From positions 50,551-114,550 of the IMG/VR virus record IMGVR_UViG_3300002835_000050: 64,000 nucleotides of DNA; one strand, 5' to 3'. The translations under genes were made by a program, and so were the position numbers. Of this stretch, positions 38,212-45,605 are shown one piece after another (the first letter of the stretch is position 1; each line of letters opens with the position of its first letter). This DNA comes from a virus. Under the pieces are notes generated by a model that saw only the letters and a list, made by a program, of their open reading frames with translations, had not been told where the DNA came from and made no database searches.

Positions 38212-38436
38212 TTAACAATTAGTAATTTCTTGTTTAACTTCTTCCCAATATTCATATTCTAAAGTTAATTGATTTAAAACATCTAATATCTCATCAACTA
38301 CTATTAATGCACATTTTTTTCCAGCTTCATATCCTATTTCACAGGTAGTATATTTTGCACCTGCATATTCTTGATATTGATAGGTTTGTTTACGCATTTT
38401 ATAAAACAATTCTTTTGCTTTTTCTTTTGGTGTCAT
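38212..38436 (-). CDS. MTPKEKAKEL-family phage protein
   Basis: KKCALIVVDEIL...YWEEVKQEI. Confidence 0.7.
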   Translation of the reverse strand: MTPKEKAKELFYKMRKQTYQYQEYAGAKYTTCEIGYEAGKKCALIVVDEILDVLNQLTLEYEYWEEVKQEITNC

Positions 38437-38448
38437 AATTATAATAAT

Positions 38449-38607
38449 TTAAGCAAGAAAAGCTCCAATCGGGAGCCTTTCTATATATCCATTAGGATAC
38501 TGTACATCATAAGTATAATCAAAGAACACTTTAATAATCTTAACCACTTCAATTCTCTTAGTAATACTAAATGAAGGTGTGATAGCTATATACTGTCCTT
38601 CTTGCAT
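38449..38607 (-). CDS. Hypothetical protein (52 aa)
   Basis: Translated by hand: MQEGQYIAI...; its 3' end contains a hairpin at 38455-38482. Confidence 0.5.
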   Translation of the reverse strand: MQEGQYIAITPSFSITKRIEVVKIIKVFFDYTYDVQYPNGYIERLPIGAFLA

Positions 38608-38608
38608 A

Positions 38609-38791
38609 CTAGTTATATCTATGTGATTTTCTCATCTGTCTTTGATTGTATTTCTGTGCCTTAGCATAGTTACAACCGTGTGATGTAGTTCCACAAGATG
38701 ACATAAATAATGCCATAATAAACACAACAATCATTGTGTATAAATAGTACATACCTACTGATGCACCGCGTGTTTGATCTGAATTTCTCAT
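38609..38791 (-). CDS. Small lipoprotein
   Basis: Hydrophobic stretch plus lipobox MSS-C. Confidence 0.6.
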   Translation of the reverse strand: MRNSDQTRGASVGMYYLYTMIVVFIMALFMSSCGTTSHGCNYAKAQKYNQRQMRKSHRYN

Positions 38792-39050
38792 TTCTTTTGA
38801 TTTAAAATAGATTGCCCATAGACTAATGCCATAAGCAATCCCGTGATTAATAATGTGTCCATTACTTTCTAAATAAAGGATAACGGAGATTTATAACAAA
38901 TATCATAGATGATAGTAGTAAGCCTACTATTGAGAACACATAAGCCTCAAAAGTCTCAGCTACAATAAGTTCAAATGTACATACAGCACACATGATAGTA
39001 ATTAATAGATTAAATACATGATTCATAGTTCATAGTTTTAAGTAGTTTAT

Positions 39051-39305
39051 TTATTTGTACATATATCCCCAATAGTGAGCTTTATTGTAGTTAAATTTAG
39101 GAACATTATAATTTTGCCAAGTTAATTCTTCTTCAACTTCTTCTGTATATAGTAAATCAAATTCTTTTGCAATCCATATTAAATAATGTATGTATTCATG
39201 ACTTCTTTCATTAAGCATTTCTTCAATTGTAATGCCTTTAAATTTACCAAACTTGAATGAGCTTTGCATACCTAGTATTGGTTTCTTTTTTATTTCTTTA
39301 TTCAT
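39051..39305 (-). CDS. FGKxKG-motif protein (DUF3820/ExoX-C-like)
   Basis: FKFGKFKGITIEEM...YLIW. Confidence 0.6.
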   Translation of the reverse strand: MNKEIKKKPILGMQSSFKFGKFKGITIEEMLNERSHEYIHYLIWIAKEFDLLYTEEVEEELTWQNYNVPKFNYNKAHYWGYMYK

Positions 39306-39879
39306 AAGATATAGTTTTAAGAGATTAATAATTTATATTTAGGGCTAATGCCTTATTCCGGAAGATGGCTTTATGTTACTCTTATAGGATATAACACTAA
39401 TGATAAGACTAATAGTAATAGTAATACTAACAGTAGTGTATATAGACATAGTATTAGCTATATACTAATAAGTATATAAGCATATTAACTAAATCTGTTA
39501 CTGAGGCTAATGGCATAGATATGAGGATAGTTTTTCACTCAATCATCCTGTAACCCTTATGTACACTGCATTTCCGTAAACTTCACTACAGTCTTAGCAA
39601 GCATTAAACAGATGTTGTAAGCATCTATTTACATACTATGATTATACTTTAAACATACTCCTTATATACTGTTTATTTGTAAACATTTGCTACATACAAC
39701 AGCAAATGTACCCTAAACACCCATATTTTTAAACTAGCACATTTTGTAACTAACTGATTATCAGAACAAAAGTGCGGTTGCTCCACCGTGTGGAGACAAA
39801 ATATTTGCTATGGACAACAGTATGTGTATTCTTGAGAACAATAATAGTTTAAAGTTGTATGAGGATGCCGCAGGCTATC

Positions 39880-39909
39880 AAAAAAAACAACACACTCCGT
39901 AGAGTGTGT
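39880..39909 (-). terminator. Intrinsic terminator with C(UACG)G tetraloop
   Basis: ACACACTC-TACG-GAGTGTGT then TG and T8. Confidence 0.85.
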
Positions 39910-39916
39910 GTTAATC

Positions 39917-40204
39917 TTAAACAGTAATGTTGCTGAACAAGTGTGCAAAATCTGCTACTGTAGCAATCTTAGCATCTGTACCGTTCAACAATGTGATCCA
40001 AACAGTGTCTCCATCTGCTTGTAACTCAGCTTGGTAAGTAGCACCAACAGTCAAACCGTTCTGTACACTTTTCTCCCAAACTTTAGCAAACCAAACTGTA
40101 CCGTTAATGTCAACAGTGCAAGTACGGAACTTAGTACCGTTAGTGTTTTCCTTTACTGCATTACCTACAGTTTTTAATACGCAAGATGTTTTTTGAGTTT
40201 CCAT
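39917..40204 (-). CDS. Small beta-rich (OB-fold-like) early protein
   Basis: Start METQKTSC; alternating beta-strand pattern with aromatics (FRTCTV, WFAKVW). Confidence 0.6.
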   Translation of the reverse strand: METQKTSCVLKTVGNAVKENTNGTKFRTCTVDINGTVWFAKVWEKSVQNGLTVGATYQAELQADGDTVWITLLNGTDAKIATVADFAHLFSNITV

Positions 40205-40289
40205 AATAATTTGTTTTAATGGATTAATAAATATAAATATCCAAAACAGTATAAAGCTGTATAAGAGAGGCTGCCGAAGGCTACTATGG

Positions 40290-40316
40290 AAAAAAAAGAG
40301 GAACTTAATCCTCTTT
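40290..40316 (-). terminator. Intrinsic terminator overlapping a stop codon
   Basis: AAAGAGGA-TTAAGT-TCCTCTTT followed by a T-run. Confidence 0.75.
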
Positions 40317-40493
40317 GTCTTCATCATACTCAAATGTACCTGTTTCAATGTACTCTAATATCTCTGCTTTAAAAGCAAAGTCTACTACCTTACCATCCTC
40401 AAAGAATAGAGCATAAGTTTGTCTACCTTCTACTTTGTCTTGTGGTACAATAGTTCCTGATACTAAGTACCAAATAAAAATAATTGTTTTCAT
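40305..40493 (-). CDS. Early hypothetical protein
   Basis: ORF between hairpin element and terminator. Confidence 0.65.
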   Translation of the reverse strand: MKTIIFIWYLVSGTIVPQDKVEGRQTYALFFEDGKVVDFAFKAEILEYIETGTFEYDEDKED

Positions 40494-40557
40494 ATTATAT
40501 AGTTTAAAATTTAATAATAGTATAATGCTGTATTTGCCGTAGGCTATAATGGATAAT

Positions 40558-40579
40558 AAAAGAGGATGTTAATCCTCTA
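40558..40579 (-). terminator. Terminator-like hairpin overlapping a stop codon
   Basis: AGAGGAT-TAAC-ATCCTCT-TTT. Confidence 0.6.
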
Positions 40580-40754
40580 ATAGTATCATCTTGTTCTTGT
40601 GCTTAACCTGCCACTCTAGTGCAAGGCTATTGCGGTAATCCTTAATGTCTTTAGGATCTAATTCTTTTAAAGCAACAAGCACCTTATGGTCTACCTTTGT
40701 TTTGAGAAGTATCATAATACCTTCAATTTCTTCAATCATGTTCTGTACAATCAT
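40569..40754 (-). CDS. Early hypothetical protein
   Basis: First ORF left of the strand switch. Confidence 0.65.
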   Translation of the reverse strand: MIVQNMIEEIEGIMILLKTKVDHKVLVALKELDPKDIKDYRNSLALEWQVKHKNKMILLED

Positions 40755-40886
40755 ATCACTATAGTTTAATTAATACTAAGAATAGTATGAAGCTGTAGAG
40801 AATAAGATGCCGTAGGCAAGAATGTTTCTCCTGGTAAATAAAACACCAAACATATTCTGGTATGCAAATCCTCTCTGTAAAACAAT

Positions 40887-41033
40887 GGGGGGTACCCAGT
40901 CCCTGGGTTGGGGGTGGGGTGTGTTCTATAGGGACCCACCTCTAGCCCTCATATACTATAGTTCTATTTACCCTTCACAATCCCTAACATACTATAATCC
41001 CATATCCCGTAATTCCCCATCTAGCCATACCCC
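40887..41033. other. G-tract/C-tract cluster at the transcription divergence point
   Basis: G6, G3, G5, G4 runs at 40887-40919 (+), then multiple C3-C4 runs to 41033. Confidence 0.6.
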
Positions 41034-41071
41034 TGGGGCACATGAACTTAGATAATAGACCGGGGATAATC

Positions 41072-41122
41072 TGTAACAAATTTATGCTATATTTGTCACA
41101 AACTTATACTATATTTGTGACA
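41072..41122 (+). repeat. 22-nt tandem repeat (2.3 copies) containing two TATATTTG promoter elements
   Basis: TGTAACAAATTTATGCTATATT / TGTCACAAACTTATACTATATT / TGTGACA. Confidence 0.7.
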
Positions 41123-41134
41123 TAATTATTTAGT

Positions 41135-41629
41135 ATGATAGTAACACCAGAACTTAATGTTATATCTATAGAAGAAGAGCTAGCCTTGTTAGAGTCTCTG
41201 GCACAAGCTGAAAAAGATAGTAAGTTATCTAATGATAGAACTCTAGTAAGATATGGTAATTCTATTTATAGTAATGAGAAGTTAGATCCTATTCCTGAGT
41301 ATCTACTAGATCTATGTTATAGGTTGATAGATAAAAAAATACTAGATGCTTTACCAGAAGATATAACAGTTAACACTTATTATCCAGGAAACAAGATGGT
41401 TCCGCATATAGATAATGTAGATGCTGGACCTGTAATAACTGTGCTTAGTTTGTTATCAGATGCAAAACTTATTTTGACATATGGAACAAAAAGAGAAGTT
41501 ATAACTTTACCAGCAAGATCTATTATACAGCTTAAAGGTGTATACAGAACACATTGGAAACACAGCATAGAAAAACTAGAACACAAAAGAATATCAATAG
41601 TATTTAGACAATTAGGAAAAAAAATTTAA
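41135..41629 (+). CDS. AlkB-like 2OG-Fe(II) dioxygenase
   Basis: VNTYYPG...PHID...LSL...WKHSI...RISIVFR. Confidence 0.85.
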   Translation: MIVTPELNVISIEEELALLESLAQAEKDSKLSNDRTLVRYGNSIYSNEKLDPIPEYLLDLCYRLIDKKILDALPEDITVNTYYPGNKMVPHIDNVDAGPVITVLSLLSDAKLILTYGTKREVITLPARSIIQLKGVYRTHWKHSIEKLEHKRISIVFRQLGKKI

Positions 41630-41640
41630 AATTATTTAGT

Positions 41641-42273
41641 ATGGCACATATAGAACATAACTTCTTTCCTCTTAAAGTATTTGTAAGAAATGAATACATG
41701 TATCAACATACTAAAGGTCAAGGAGAATTAACACCGGGGGTAATTATATCAGTAAGATGTATGCCGGGGCAAGCAGCATTATTTCAGGTATTGTTAGAAA
41801 ATGGTGTACTTAGAGATAAGTTACCAAGTCATGCGTTACTACATGAAGAACAGATGCCGCAACCAGATCTACCATTTCACTACTTACAGATATGGAATTG
41901 CTTCTCTTATAACTTTACTCTACTACACTTGTCATATTTGTACGACACTAGGGTAGAAGTCTACATGAAAGATCACAAGTTCTACCCGGGTAGTTATTAT
42001 GCTACTATCAATTGGGGGTCTAATGATCACAACACAGATCTATCTTTAGCAGAAGATCCATTAGAACATAAGAGTCATCACATCATTTTACTTGACAATG
42101 GTCAAATAGCATTACAACCTAACAACAGAATTAAGTGGTCTGAACCTAGCTTTGTAACTAAACCATTTCCTGAAAAACCAGATTACTTAGTTAACAAAGA
42201 CTACTATAATTGTGAAGGATTTGAAAAATGGAGTACAGAAGATTCAGAAAGAATGTTCTATGACAATGAATAA
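41641..42273 (+). CDS. Conserved phage hypothetical protein
   Basis: LQIWNCFSY...EHKSHH...NGQIALQPNNRI.W. Confidence 0.75.
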   Translation: MAHIEHNFFPLKVFVRNEYMYQHTKGQGELTPGVIISVRCMPGQAALFQVLLENGVLRDKLPSHALLHEEQMPQPDLPFHYLQIWNCFSYNFTLLHLSYLYDTRVEVYMKDHKFYPGSYYATINWGSNDHNTDLSLAEDPLEHKSHHIILLDNGQIALQPNNRIKWSEPSFVTKPFPEKPDYLVNKDYYNCEGFEKWSTEDSERMFYDNE

Positions 42274-42359
42274 TTTAAGGGTATAACCATAAAATAAAAC
42301 TATATTAACCTGATAAATTAAATATTTTACTTATCTTTGTAAGGTTAAAACCTTAATAT

Positions 42360-42833
42360 ATGATATATTTAATTTCACATGAATATCAGTTTGTAAAAAT
42401 TGGTTACACAAAAAATATAAATAAAAGACTTAAACAATTACAAACTTCAAGTCCTGTTAAATTAGAAGTACTTCATCTTATAGATGGAAATGTAACTTTA
42501 GAAAAAGAATTACATCTTTTATTTAAAGATTTAAGAACTAGTGGTGAATGGTTTAAGTTTGACAATTCAATACTAGAATACTTTATAGATAAAGAATGTT
42601 TACTATGGCAATATGGTTTTACATCAGAAGAAAAAATTCCTATTACAGGATTAATAAAACATGAAAGACTTAATTGTAATATGTCACTCAATACACTTAG
42701 TGAAATGTATGGTTGTAGTACTCAATCTATGCATGAAATAGAAAGAAGAGAAATGCAAGGTTCATTAACTATTGGTATATTATATAAAATTGCTAGATTG
42801 TTTAATAAAAAATTTGAATATAGATTTGTTTAG
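42360..42833 (+). CDS. GIY-YIG (T5orf172/MUG113-like) domain plus XRE-type HTH
   Basis: IYLI...VKIGYT...RLKQLQT.SP...E..LH..F...GEWF; C-terminal HTH. Confidence 0.8.
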   Translation: MIYLISHEYQFVKIGYTKNINKRLKQLQTSSPVKLEVLHLIDGNVTLEKELHLLFKDLRTSGEWFKFDNSILEYFIDKECLLWQYGFTSEEKIPITGLIKHERLNCNMSLNTLSEMYGCSTQSMHEIERREMQGSLTIGILYKIARLFNKKFEYRFV

Positions 42834-42968
42834 GTATAACCTTAAATAAAATTTACAATATAGTACTATTATGTAAAGTATATTTGGTATAATATGTAAA
42901 GTATAGCATGCATTTGTAAGTTATATTTGGTGTTATGCATATTATAATATATATTTGTAGTATAAGAC

Positions 42969-43166
42969 GGGAGACAAGCTAATAGGATAAAACCGTTAGG
43001 ATGCCTATTACAAGTTCTCCCTAAAGAAAGTAAAAACAACTGGCTCACTAGACAACTTAACATTGTGAAGGAGGGAATGCAGGGTGGTTAAGCATCCGTG
43101 GCATCGGGTAGACTACTGTAGAGATAAGTCTATAACAAGAGAAGGTAGGTGGGAGCTCTTGTTTTT
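42969..43166 (+). ncRNA. Candidate structured small RNA
   Basis: TATATTTG at 42950-42957 upstream; four hairpins; ends in AACAAGAG/CTCTTGTT-TTT terminator. Confidence 0.5.
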
Positions 43167-43236
43167 ATACCCGTATTAATAAGTATACGGTAAAAATTAT
43201 TAATTTTGCAGTATATAGGGTATTAAATAGTAGATT

Positions 43237-43587
43237 ATGAAAAAAGTATTATTATTAGCATTAGTGATTTTCTTAACTGGATGCAAGAAAGATGAGTACA
43301 CATTACCATGTACTTGCAAGGCAATGTATCTATGGGAGAGAAGGTACAAGGACTCTATTGATGTTCAAAGTGACCCGGGTTGGTGGAATGGTGATGGATA
43401 TGACAACACAAGACCTAGGTATGTTTATACATATCATTGGGACACTGTATCAAGTCCTATCTATAATAACACGGCAGACTATCCATTCTACTGTAAAGAT
43501 ACATTCCCATTGGGATATTGGATAGATACTGTGAATGAATTTAATATTTATAGCTACAGTAGAAAGAGATTATTTTGTATAGATTAA
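43237..43587 (+). CDS. Lipoprotein with Bacteroidetes surface-export signal
   Basis: MKKVLLLALVIFLTG-C-KKDE; promoter element TAATTTTG at 43201. Confidence 0.75.
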   Translation: MKKVLLLALVIFLTGCKKDEYTLPCTCKAMYLWERRYKDSIDVQSDPGWWNGDGYDNTRPRYVYTYHWDTVSSPIYNNTADYPFYCKDTFPLGYWIDTVNEFNIYSYSRKRLFCID

Positions 43588-43588
43588 T

Positions 43589-43803
43589 ACCTACCACGCT
43601 TCTGGGTTGGGGTGTCACCCAGCCGAGCGTACCAGGGTAGGTCTTTTGCAAGACCTGTGTATTTCATTACATAGGCTCAGTACCATGCATGCATCCCGTA
43701 AGATCTGCTGCTTGGTCTCTCCGTTATTGGGAAAGCAGAAATGTATAACCACTAACACACCCAGGTAAGTCTCTCTGATCAAGAATTGCTGCCTGGGTTT
43801 TTT
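43589..43803 (+). ncRNA. Candidate structured ncRNA (GC-rich)
   Basis: Several nested and overlapping helices; terminal ACCCAGGTA/TGCCTGGGT plus T-run. Confidence 0.5.
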
Positions 43804-43865
43804 ATATCATAAATAATTTATATATTTGTATTGATGAAAATTTTTGCTACGGTTAGGTAAGAAAG

Positions 43866-43893
43866 ATCCTTAGAAAATATTCTAGGGATTTTT
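43866..43893 (+). terminator. Intrinsic terminator
   Basis: ATCCTTAGAA/TTCTAGGGAT plus T-run. Confidence 0.7.
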
Positions 43894-43921
43894 GTTTGTA
43901 AATAAAAAAAGTTTATATTTG
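43891..43921 (+). promoter_or_regulatory. Bacteroidetes primary-sigma promoter (-33/-7)
   Basis: TTTG-N19-TATATTTG directly upstream of the tRNA. Confidence 0.7.
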
Positions 43922-43931
43922 TATAAAATAA

Positions 43932-44006
43932 GGTACAGTGGCTGAGTGGTCTAAAGCAACAGTCTGCAAAACTGTAAAGCCATAGGTTCGAATCCTATCT
44001 GTACCT
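43932..44006 (+). tRNA. tRNA-Cys(GCA)
   Basis: GGTACAG/CTGTACC acceptor, ACAGT-CTGCAAA-ACTGT anticodon arm, ATAGG-TTCGAAT-CCTAT T-arm, U73; CCA not encoded. Confidence 0.92.
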
Positions 44007-44027
44007 CAAACTAAAAACCAAATAAGT

Positions 44028-44219
44028 ATGTCAGAAAAAACAACAATTCTAGCTATCCATATCCATAAGGATCAAGGAGTAGAAATTGAAGTAGCCTTAG
44101 AGAAAGGTGAAATGAATGCAATCACTTTGATTGGAATTCTAGAGCAAATTAAGTTTGATATGTTAAAAGATCAAATGTTTAAAAACATTGAGAAGAAAGA
44201 AGCTCAATATGATGCCTAA
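44028..44219 (+). CDS. Hypothetical protein
   Basis: ORF after the tRNA. Confidence 0.65.
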   Translation: MSEKTTILAIHIHKDQGVEIEVALEKGEMNAITLIGILEQIKFDMLKDQMFKNIEKKEAQYDA

Positions 44220-44223
44220 GTTT

Positions 44224-44472
44224 ATGCCAAAGTTCTATAGAAAAAAACCTGTAGTCATTCAAGCAAAACAATGGACAGGTGACAACTTAACTGAGATGTT
44301 AGGTTTTTGTGAAAGATGCTTTAGCAAAGGTGAGGTAAACAATTTAGTTGTTGTAACTCTAGAAGGGGATATGACAGCTACAGTAGGAGATTATATTATC
44401 AGAGGTGTTAAGGGTGAGTTTTATCCTTGCCGGGAAGATATATTTAAATTAACATATGAAACAGTTGTATAA
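44224..44472 (+). CDS. RKKPV/TLEG/GDY-family phage protein (possible cyclic-nucleotide sponge)
   Basis: YRKKPVVIQA.QW...TLEG...GDYIIRGVKGEFYPC..DIF..TYE. Confidence 0.6.
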   Translation: MPKFYRKKPVVIQAKQWTGDNLTEMLGFCERCFSKGEVNNLVVVTLEGDMTATVGDYIIRGVKGEFYPCREDIFKLTYETVV

Positions 44473-44759
44473 TGGAAGAGAACACAAATGTAAATGAAGC
44501 TGCAGAAGAAACAGTAGGCTTTAAAGAAACAAAGATTTTATCTTTTGGTGAGTTATTAGTAGGTATTGAATTCAACCCTTCTAATGATGACAAGGTAGCT
44601 AAAGTAAAAAGCCTGATGGCTGAAGTTGCTAATATCATGTTAGAATCATATGAAGAAAACGGAAAATCTCCGATTAAGAGTTTGTTATTTGACCATGCAG
44701 TAGGAGAACTAGTAAGTGCACAAATGGCAGCAGTAAAAGTAGTAACATTTAAAAATTAA
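44472..44759 (+). CDS. Acb2/Tad1-like helical-hairpin protein (putative)
   Basis: VGIEFNPS...VK...A...ELVSAQMAAVKVVT. Confidence 0.5.
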   Translation: MEENTNVNEAAEETVGFKETKILSFGELLVGIEFNPSNDDKVAKVKSLMAEVANIMLESYEENGKSPIKSLLFDHAVGELVSAQMAAVKVVTFKN

Positions 44760-44762
44760 ATT

Positions 44763-45056
44763 ATGTCAGAATTTAAAGTATTAAGAGGCCGTACAATCTT
44801 AGTTGATGTACCAGTAAGAAAAGAATCATCTATCCAGTTATCTGAAAAAGATGAAGAACACATTATGCAAGAAACAATTAAGTTGTGGAACAAGTTGAAT
44901 GTGTATGCAGTAGGAGACAAAGTTGAAGATGTAAAAGTTGGAGATAAAGTGTATGTCCGTACATCTGCATTAAACTTAGAAACAGTTGAAAGACTAGAAG
45001 TTGGTGGTACAATGAAGTTTGTACTTAGTGAAATGGATGTTGTAATAATTTGGTAA
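44763..45056 (+). CDS. GroES-like co-chaperonin
   Basis: ILVD...SSIQL...VYAVGDKVEDVKVGDKV...VLSEMDVV. Confidence 0.75.
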   Translation: MSEFKVLRGRTILVDVPVRKESSIQLSEKDEEHIMQETIKLWNKLNVYAVGDKVEDVKVGDKVYVRTSALNLETVERLEVGGTMKFVLSEMDVVIIW

Positions 45057-45364
45057 TCATGGATACTAATCATGAAGACTTTCCATATGTAATGACAAGT
45101 TCAGCAGAACATGATTTGGTATGTAACCAGTACAATGAAAGAAAAGGTATTGCAGAAAATCCTACAAGACCTAATCATTATGGTGGAGCTGGTAATGTAT
45201 ATGAAGTGTTTAACGTACTGGAAGCGTGGGGTTTAGATAAAGACTTCTATCTTGGTAATGTAATTAAGTATGTAGCTAGAGCTGGTAAAAAAAATAAATC
45301 TAAAGAAAAAGAAGATTTAGAAAAAGCTTTAGTATATTTACAAAAAAGAATTGACTCACTATGA
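45050..45364 (+). CDS. DUF3310 family protein
   Basis: PNHY...FYLGNVIKYVARAGKK...EDLEKA..YL. Confidence 0.85.
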   Translation: MVIMDTNHEDFPYVMTSSAEHDLVCNQYNERKGIAENPTRPNHYGGAGNVYEVFNVLEAWGLDKDFYLGNVIKYVARAGKKNKSKEKEDLEKALVYLQKRIDSL

Positions 45365-45564
45365 TAATTATTAAAGCAATAGGATGGTTTATAGCAGTGA
45401 TACTAGTAATTACTCTTTGGGCAGCTTCAATAAGTTTAACTAAGCCTGTCTATAATCCACAAAAACATATGTGGGAAGAAGATTCAGAAGCAAGATTTAT
45501 GAGCAATGTTGCTATAGCTTTAATCATCATTGTTGCTTTTACAGTTGGTTATCTATGTGCATAA
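45361..45564 (+). CDS. Small two-TM membrane protein
   Basis: Two hydrophobic helices. Confidence 0.6.
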   Translation: MIIIKAIGWFIAVILVITLWAASISLTKPVYNPQKHMWEEDSEARFMSNVAIALIIIVAFTVGYLCA

Positions 45565-45605
45565 AAGTATTCTAGTATTTGTTACCTCATTCAGCTAGAA
45601 AATTT

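Larger units (their letters stand above)
39843..40818 (-). promoter_or_regulatory. Four copies of a bipartite element: AAYAGTWTRADGYTGTA box plus GCC-GNA-GGC hairpin (plus-strand reading); putative early promoters
   Basis: Copies at 39843-39877, 40245-40283, 40516-40546, 40781-40818; each heads a leftward unit, and three directly follow a terminator. Confidence 0.7.

Noticed and set aside
39747-39759. IHF consensus site (AATCAGTTAGTTA on the - strand)
   Set aside because: It matches WATCARNNNNTTR, but another match occurs at 18370-18382, and chance hits are expected in AT-rich DNA.
40822-41055. 77-aa ORF across the G-rich switch region
   Set aside because: Its composition simply reflects the G/C tracts and there is no recognisable motif; probably non-coding.
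44006-44030. Theta (HDV-like) ribozyme downstream of tRNA-Cys
   Set aside because: Only about 20 A-rich nt separate the tRNA from the next ATG, with no pairing potential.
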